Source: an uncultured delta proteobacterium (GTDB lineage: Bacteria; Desulfobacterota; Desulfobacteria; Desulfobacterales; SG8-13). From it: a DNA stretch of 64,000 nucleotides. The first letter of the stretch is position 1. Each line of letters begins with the position of its first letter. The stretch is taken from contig CAWKCK010000003.1 in the NCBI GenBank assembly GCA_963848135.1, positions 248,001-312,000 on the forward strand. Reading direction: 5' to 3'. The position numbers and the translations under genes are program-made. The notes beneath the pieces were generated by a model. It did no database searches, had not been told where the DNA came from, and saw nothing but the letters and a program-made list of their open reading frames with translations. Below are positions 57,755 through 64,000 of this stretch, in pieces.

Positions 57755-58069
57755 CTGATTATATGCTCGGGTATTGACCGGCTCGATACTTATTCAGTCT
57801 AACGTAATGAGAGTTTGTCGAAATATCAAGATGGCCTCAATTATCCCTGCCTTTGGGGTGTATGGACCCGGCGCCAGAAATTGGTATTTTCGATGGATTC
57901 ATCTCCTCAGGTGCCGTCTTGATGTAGACTGCTGATTGTGTTACCTGGAACGGGCAGCATCCCTTTAAGTTTGGCCAGCATGCGTTACTTTAATGCAGCT
58001 GAGGATATAAAATCAACTCTCAACACGCTGTCTCATTTTGTGCAGAAAGAAAGGAAGGATCCCGGTTGA

Positions 58070-58627
58070 ATGGAAGCCAAAACCAGCACCCCAAAACTTG
58101 TCAAGCCCCAAGACTGCATGTTGATCGTTATCGATGTTCAAAAGAAACTGACAGCCCATATCGCTGAGGCCACCAAAATTGTTAGTAAAATACTGAAATT
58201 GATCCGCCTGGCCCGATTAATCGAAGTTCCTGTTCTGGTCACCGAACAGGAAAATCTGGGGGATACTATCGATGAAATCAGGCTTGAATTGACGGGTAAT
58301 ACACCGGTGCGAAAACTGTCATTTAACTGCTTCGGCGAAGAGTCTTTTTCGCGCCGGTTGGCAACTTATGATCGCCGGACATTGATACTCACCGGAATCG
58401 AAGCCCACATCTGTGTTGCTCAGACCGCTCTCGGCGCGCCATCGAGGTTTCGTTCGGTGGTTGTGGCCGACGCAGCTGCTTCCCGATCGACCTTTGACAA
58501 GGAAACGGCAATGGCCCGTTTGAAGGATAACGGCATTACGATAACCTCTACCGACATGCTCATGTACGAGCTACTCCAAACAGCTGGAACAGACACTTTC
58601 AGAGCGGCTTTGCCGTTACTCAAGTGA
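58070..58627 (+). CDS. Isochorismatase-family cysteine hydrolase
   Basis: VIDVQ, TEQ, SFNC, GIEAHICVAQTA. Confidence 0.9.
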   Translation: MEAKTSTPKLVKPQDCMLIVIDVQKKLTAHIAEATKIVSKILKLIRLARLIEVPVLVTEQENLGDTIDEIRLELTGNTPVRKLSFNCFGEESFSRRLATYDRRTLILTGIEAHICVAQTALGAPSRFRSVVVADAAASRSTFDKETAMARLKDNGITITSTDMLMYELLQTAGTDTFRAALPLLK

Positions 58628-58630
58628 GGA

Positions 58631-59863
58631 ATGGTGAAAGAATTTTTTAAAGTAACAAATCTGGCAACCGTTCTTGCACGGGTGGTCGAATTTTCTCCCG
58701 TGGCCGAGGAAACGATTCCGATAGAGGACTCTAAGGGGAGGATCCTGGCTGAAGATATCAGGGCCGATCGCGACCTGCCGGCATTTTCTCGGTCAACGAT
58801 GGATGGATACGCCGTGCAAGCGGTGTCCACTTTCGGTGCTTCCGAAAGTGGACCGGCTTATCTTATGGTCAAAGAAACAGTATATATGGGTGCCCCGCCG
58901 GCGTTTTCCGTCGGGCCCGGCGAAGCCGCTCGCATCTCCACCGGCGGCATGCTGCCCAAAGGCAGTGATAGCGTGGTAATGATCGAGCACACGGACAAGC
59001 TGGATGAAACGACCATAGAGGTCTATCGTAGCGTTGCCCCTGGCCGGAACGTCATAGAAATGGGGGAGGATTTTCGTCAAGATCAGATTGTCCTTCGTTC
59101 AGGACAGCTTCTCAGGCCGCAAGAGACCGGACTGCTGGCTGCATTTGGTCACAAAGTGGCCCGCGTGTTCAAACGACCCGTAATCGCCATAATCTCTTCT
59201 GGCGACGAAATCGTGCCGGTAGACAGTACTCCGGCGCCCGGTCAAATCAGGGACATCAACAGCTACACGCTGTCCGGTCTGGTCGCGACTGCCGGGGGAA
59301 CCCCGGTACACTACGGCATTGTACCCGATAGTTACGATGCCCTATTTGAGACCTGCCGGGAAGCGCTCGCACAATCGGACATGGTGTTGCTTTCCGGCGG
59401 CAGTTCTGTAGGAACCCGCGATTTCACTGTCGATGTCCTGACCAATCTCGCCGATTCGCAGATTCTGGTCCACGGCATTTCCATAAGTCCCGGCAAACCG
59501 ACCATCCTGGCCAAAACCGGTACCAAAGCGGTTTGGGGACTTCCTGGTCACGTGGTATCGGCAATGGTCGTTTTCAGAGTTGTGGTTCAACCGTTTATTG
59601 CCCGTATTGCAGGGATGTCCCGTTCACCGCAACATTCCTTTACGATTCCCGCCCGCCTGACCCGAAACATCGAATCGGCCCAAGGCCGCACCGATTTCGT
59701 TCGTGTACGTCTCGAACAGAAAAACGGAAAGTATCGCGCTGAACCCGTATTGGGCAAGTCGGGCCTCCTTAACACAATGGTCCTGGCTGATGGATTGATC
59801 GAAATCGATGCCCATACCGAGGGCCTGGATGCCGGGGTCACCGTATTGGTGATGCCATTCTGA
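58631..59863 (+). CDS. moeA: Molybdopterin molybdotransferase MoeA
   Basis: MDGYAV, ISTGGMLP, SSGDE, SGGSSVG, PGKPT, GLPG. Confidence 0.95.
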   Translation: MVKEFFKVTNLATVLARVVEFSPVAEETIPIEDSKGRILAEDIRADRDLPAFSRSTMDGYAVQAVSTFGASESGPAYLMVKETVYMGAPPAFSVGPGEAARISTGGMLPKGSDSVVMIEHTDKLDETTIEVYRSVAPGRNVIEMGEDFRQDQIVLRSGQLLRPQETGLLAAFGHKVARVFKRPVIAIISSGDEIVPVDSTPAPGQIRDINSYTLSGLVATAGGTPVHYGIVPDSYDALFETCREALAQSDMVLLSGGSSVGTRDFTVDVLTNLADSQILVHGISISPGKPTILAKTGTKAVWGLPGHVVSAMVVFRVVVQPFIARIAGMSRSPQHSFTIPARLTRNIESAQGRTDFVRVRLEQKNGKYRAEPVLGKSGLLNTMVLADGLIEIDAHTEGLDAGVTVLVMPF

Positions 59864-59959
59864 AAATTTTTACGCTGGTGATATCCCGATCGACACCTCG
59901 ATAAACCAGATCAGACGCTGGCGAACATGCCCGCGTTTAATCACTGCTCAGGAGCTCTT

Positions 59960-61900
59960 GTGGATCATAAACGAAATATATACCTGAAAATGAAAACCCT
60001 CCAGGAAGCCCGAGAAATCGTGTTTCGGAAATTTGGAGCCACCGGTGTCATGCCCGGAGAAATCCTGTCGGTGCCGGACGCAGTGGGACGAGTTCTGTCC
60101 GGGCCTGTCGCCGCACGACTTTCGTCACCCAATTTTCACGCCGCCGCCATGGACGGCATCGCGGTCTACGCAGAAGACACCTTCGGGGCCAGCGAAGCCA
60201 AGCCGAAAGAACTGATCATCGGTGAAAAGGCATTCTTCCTGAACACCGGCCACGTGATCCCTGAGGGCACAAATGCCGTTATCATGATCGAGAAAGTCAA
60301 CGCCCTGGATCATAATCGTGTCCAAATCGACGCCCCGGTATTTCCCTGGCAAAACGTTCGCAGGATGGGTGAAGACATTGTGGCCACCGAACTGCTCTTT
60401 CCCCAGAACCATATCGTTACACCCTATTGCGTCGGGGCGTTGCTGTCGGCCGGTATATTCGAAGTTGCGGTGCGCAAGAAGCCCAGCTTACTGATCATTC
60501 CCACCGGTACTGAACTCATCGACTGGCGCGGGCGTGGCTCGGCCCCATTGAAACCTGGCCAGGTCCTCGAAAGCAATTCCTATGTCCTTGGAAGTCTGAC
60601 CGTGTCGTGCGGCGGGACCTACGTCAAGCACGACAAAATGCAAGATGATCTGGAAGCAATCAAAAGTGCGACCTCGGAAGGGCTAGAAGCAGGTCATGAT
60701 ATGGTTCTGATCATTGGCGGCTCTTCAGCGGGCTCGGAAGACTATGCCCGGCATGTCATATCTGCCCTCGGTCGGATCCATGTTCACGGTGTCACCATGA
60801 TGCCCGGTAAACCAGTCATTATCGGCGAGGTCGATGTAAAGCCGGTTTTCGGTATCCCTGGCTATCCGGTCTCTGCGATCATCGCATTCGAACAAATCGT
60901 CCGCCCGTTGATTCGAAAATTATTGGGCGTACCGGATATTGAAACCCATACGGCCCTGGTCGAACCGACGCGTAAAATTGCGTCCAAGTTGGGTGTGGAA
61001 GAATTTTTACGGGTTAAGCTCGGCGAAGTAAACAACCGCATCGTCGCCACCCCCTTGCCCCGCGGGGCAGGGTGCATCACATCGATCACCGAAGCTGACG
61101 GAATCATCCGGATTCCGAACCATGTGGAAGGAATAAATGATCAGGAACCGGTCCCAGCCACGCTCCTGCGCCCCCTGTCAACCATCCGGAACACCGTTGT
61201 GATCGTCGGCAGCCATGACAACACCCTGGATGTCTTGGCCGATGAATTGCGCGCCGGCAGTAGCCGTTTGTCCCTTTCGTCGAGTCATGTCGGCAGTATG
61301 GGCGGCCTTATGGCGGTAAAAAAAGGCTTGTGCCACTTGGCGGGTTCCCACCTGCTGGACAGCGCCGATGGCACTTACAACATCTCCTACATCAAGCGCT
61401 ATCTTCCCGATCTTTATGCCGAGAACAGGGTGCGATTGGTCAACCTGGTGTTTCGCGATCAGGGGCTGATCCTCCCCACTGGCAACCCGAAGGGCATCAA
61501 GGGAATTGAGGATCTCGCCCGCGCAGACGTCACCCTGATTAACCGCCAAGGGGGTTCTGGCACCCGCATTCTTCTGGATTACCGCTTGAGGGAGCTGCAA
61601 TTGGATCCCTCCCGGATCAACGGTTATTGTGATGAAGAGTTCACGCACATGGCTTTAGCCGTGGCTGTTTTGAGCGGCACCGCTGATGTGGGTCTGGGCA
61701 TTTTTGCCGCAGCCAAAGCATTGGGACTCGATTTCATCCCGGTTGTGACCGAACAGTACGATCTGGTTGTACCCCAGACGTTTTTCGAAAGCGATAATTT
61801 CAAGACCCTTCTGGATATCATCCGCAGTTCGATCTTCAAAAAGAGGGTCGAAGCTATGGGCGGATACAGCACCAAAAAAACCGGAGACATATGGCATTAA
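59960..61900 (+). CDS. moeA: MoeA fused to a C-terminal periplasmic-binding-protein (PBP) domain
   Basis: AAMDGIAV, GSSAGSED, PGKP, GIPGYPVS; GSHD, VGSMGG, NRQGGSGTR. Probable GTG start at 59960 after AGGAG. Confidence 0.92.
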   Translation: MDHKRNIYLKMKTLQEAREIVFRKFGATGVMPGEILSVPDAVGRVLSGPVAARLSSPNFHAAAMDGIAVYAEDTFGASEAKPKELIIGEKAFFLNTGHVIPEGTNAVIMIEKVNALDHNRVQIDAPVFPWQNVRRMGEDIVATELLFPQNHIVTPYCVGALLSAGIFEVAVRKKPSLLIIPTGTELIDWRGRGSAPLKPGQVLESNSYVLGSLTVSCGGTYVKHDKMQDDLEAIKSATSEGLEAGHDMVLIIGGSSAGSEDYARHVISALGRIHVHGVTMMPGKPVIIGEVDVKPVFGIPGYPVSAIIAFEQIVRPLIRKLLGVPDIETHTALVEPTRKIASKLGVEEFLRVKLGEVNNRIVATPLPRGAGCITSITEADGIIRIPNHVEGINDQEPVPATLLRPLSTIRNTVVIVGSHDNTLDVLADELRAGSSRLSLSSSHVGSMGGLMAVKKGLCHLAGSHLLDSADGTYNISYIKRYLPDLYAENRVRLVNLVFRDQGLILPTGNPKGIKGIEDLARADVTLINRQGGSGTRILLDYRLRELQLDPSRINGYCDEEFTHMALAVAVLSGTADVGLGIFAAAKALGLDFIPVVTEQYDLVVPQTFFESDNFKTLLDIIRSSIFKKRVEAMGGYSTKKTGDIWH

Positions 61901-61916
61901 GCGTCTGCAGAGCTAA

Positions 61917-62330
61917 ATGAAATACATCCTCATCGATCACACCGCCGATGTCGGTCTGCACGTGTTCGGCAAAGACCCGACCGAACTTTTCACCACCGCC
62001 GCCCGAGCCCTTTTTGATATCATGATTGACGCCCGTCGAATTAAAGCGGCACAGTCTCTTCTTTTGCACACTGAAGGTTTGGACTGGCCCGATCTCATGG
62101 TCAACTGGCTGCGCGAACTTTTATACCTATGGTCTGGAAATGACCTCCTGATGCACTCGACGGTTATCCGGAAGATCGGGCCACGAGAGCTCGTTGCCGA
62201 CATCATCGTTGATGCGTTCGATCCCTCTCGACATGCAATTAAAACCGAAATCAAGGCCGTGACCTATCACCAGATAGAGGTCAGAGAGCAGTTGACAGGG
62301 TGGGAGGCCAAGATCATATTGGATGTGTAA
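61917..62330 (+). CDS. Archease
   Basis: DHTADVG N-terminus, WLRELLY, EIKAVTYH, IILDV C-terminus. Confidence 0.95.
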   Translation: MKYILIDHTADVGLHVFGKDPTELFTTAARALFDIMIDARRIKAAQSLLLHTEGLDWPDLMVNWLRELLYLWSGNDLLMHSTVIRKIGPRELVADIIVDAFDPSRHAIKTEIKAVTYHQIEVREQLTGWEAKIILDV

Positions 62331-62396
62331 TCGAGAAATACGTCCCATTATATCGCGTCTATGCAGACCCATCCCGTCTGCCGAAGGATCCCCACC

Positions 62397-63830
62397 ATGA
62401 AACTCAGACAGATCGACCAATTTCGCTGGGAAGTACCCATAAGCGGAAAAATGCGGGTGCCGGGAATCATTTACGCTACCGCCGCCATGCTGGATGATTC
62501 CCAACAAAGCGAGCCGATCAAACAGGTTGCCAATGTGGCCACCTTGCCCGGTATCGTCAAAGCGTCTCTCGCGATGCCGGATATGCATTGGGGCTACGGG
62601 TTCCCCATCGGCGGAGTGGCGGCATTTGATTGGGAAAACGGTATCATATCTCCCGGAGGGGTTGGATATGATATCAACTGCGGTGTCCGTCTGGCCGCCA
62701 CCGGTTTGGTTGCGTCTCAAATTCGACCGCTAATAGAGCCTTTGATCAACGCGCTCTATCAGAATATCCCCTCAGGTGTCGGATCAAAAGGACCGCTGAA
62801 AATCTCGCTTCAGGAAGAAAAACGGGTGCTCAAAGAAGGCAGCCGCTGGGCCGTGCGGCAGGGGTTTGGCGAAGAAGACGACATCCGCCACACCGAAGAC
62901 AACGGGTGTCTGCCCGACGCTGACCCGGAACTGGTTAGCAACCGTGCCCTCGCGCGCGGAAAACAACAGCTGGGAACCCTGGGTTCGGGTAACCATTTCC
63001 TGGAAGTCGGAGTCGTCGACAAGATATTTGACCCGCCCGTCGCCAAAGTCTTTGGCCTGTTCGAGGGACAGGTAACCGTCATGATCCATTGCGGGTCGCG
63101 GGGGTTTGGTTACCAAGTCTGCGATGATTTCCTGGCTTCAATGACCAAGCACGCACACACGATCGGTATGGAACTACCAGATCGCCAATTGGCCTGTGCA
63201 TCGATTCAATCGAATTTGGGGCAGCGTTACCGCGGTGCTATGGCCTGCGCGGCCAATTATGCCTGGGCCAACCGTCAAATACTTCTCCACCGGACGCGAG
63301 ATGTTTTCCAGCATATTTTTGGAATAGGACCGCGCGATCTGGCTATGCGGCTGGTATATGATGTTTGCCACAATATTGCCAAAAAGGAAGAGCACATTGT
63401 CGACGGACAAAAGCAGGCTGTCTGTGTGCACCGCAAAGGCGCAACGCGGTCTTTTCCACCGGGGCACCCGGCACTGGACGATGCCTATCGCAGTGTGGGA
63501 CAACCGGTCATCATCCCCGGGGATATGGGCACTGCATCTTATGTGCTCGTGGGGACCGAAGTGGCCATGGATCAAACATTCGGCTCAACCTGTCATGGGG
63601 CCGGTCGGGTATTGAGTCGCAAGGCCGCTAAAAAAGCCAGCAAGGGACGATCAATTCAACGCGAACTGGAAGACAAGGGCATTCTGGTACGTTGGACCGG
63701 CAGGGGAACACTCGCCGAGGAGATGCCGGATGCTTACAAGAATATCACCGAAGTGGTAAATGTTGTGCATGGCGCCGGTATTTCACGAAAAGTAGCCAGA
63801 CTGCGACCGATCGGCGTTGTTAAAGGATAG
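62397..63830 (+). CDS. rtcB: RNA ligase RtcB
   Basis: MPDMHWGYGFPIGG, GYDINCG, LGSGNHFLE, HCGSRG, HRKGAT, HGAGR, EEMPDAYK. Confidence 0.96.
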   Translation: MKLRQIDQFRWEVPISGKMRVPGIIYATAAMLDDSQQSEPIKQVANVATLPGIVKASLAMPDMHWGYGFPIGGVAAFDWENGIISPGGVGYDINCGVRLAATGLVASQIRPLIEPLINALYQNIPSGVGSKGPLKISLQEEKRVLKEGSRWAVRQGFGEEDDIRHTEDNGCLPDADPELVSNRALARGKQQLGTLGSGNHFLEVGVVDKIFDPPVAKVFGLFEGQVTVMIHCGSRGFGYQVCDDFLASMTKHAHTIGMELPDRQLACASIQSNLGQRYRGAMACAANYAWANRQILLHRTRDVFQHIFGIGPRDLAMRLVYDVCHNIAKKEEHIVDGQKQAVCVHRKGATRSFPPGHPALDDAYRSVGQPVIIPGDMGTASYVLVGTEVAMDQTFGSTCHGAGRVLSRKAAKKASKGRSIQRELEDKGILVRWTGRGTLAEEMPDAYKNITEVVNVVHGAGISRKVARLRPIGVVKG

Positions 63831-63853
63831 CCGAGCTGAAGGGGGATTTGACG

Positions 63854-64000
63854 TTGAATCCGCACATGTTCAGGGAATACGACATCAGGGGAATTGCCGG
63901 CAAGGACATGACAAATGACGACGTCGGGCTTATCGGCCAGGGCGTTGGTACCTTTCTGAGGCAACAGGGTGCCGCCAAAATCAGTGTCGGGCACGACTGC
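63854..64000 (+). CDS. Phosphomannomutase/phosphoglucomutase (5' end only)
   Basis: TTG start then NPHMFREYDIRGIAGKD...ISVGHDC, a typical PMM/PGM N-terminus. Confidence 0.85.
   Translation, partial: MNPHMFREYDIRGIAGKDMTNDDVGLIGQGVGTFLRQQGAAKISVGHDC

Overview
Chromosomal window from a sulfate-reducing Desulfobacterota bacterium, probably Desulfobacterales-like (inferred from dsrTMKJOP, nifU-nifS and gene order). The left flank (1-7.7 kb) is glyA-rpiB-fabF-acpP-fabG-[acyl-CoA dehydrogenase]-rpmF on the minus strand, then gltX and tRNA-Gln(CTG). An acyl-CoA dehydrogenase sits where plsX-fabH-fabD usually lie. Directly after the tRNA is a ~27 kb accessory region (7.8-35.2 kb) with no recognisable integrase. 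It encodes a Cys-PAS sigma54 activator with a -24/-12 promoter, a decaheme OTR-like cytochrome, a remnant hydrogenase small-subunit leader, a TIGR03790-like surface-anchored protein and a nonaheme lipoprotein cytochrome. It also encodes a PAS/GAF sensor kinase with three NarL-type receiver proteins, a multicopper oxidase, three FKBP/Mip-type foldase genes, an IS481-HTH/GspC-like fusion, a Tat-like (GDSGD)n acidic protein and an ECF sigma/anti-sigma/lipoprotein trio. Together these suggest an extracytoplasmic redox or metal-handling module. Nearly every gene between ~20.7 and 31.2 kb is broken by single-base indels, mostly at homopolymers, which is probably unpolished long-read error. The right part (35.5-64 kb) is largely core genome: aromatic amino acid decarboxylase, yceD, glnS, AmmeMemoRadiSam B and S, nifUS, serA, dsrTMKJOP, a DEAD-box helicase, two moeA genes, archease-rtcB and the start of a PMM/PGM. 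Several families of small hairpin, MITE-like or REP-like repeats fill the intergenic spaces. All calls were made by eye from motifs; no database searches were run.
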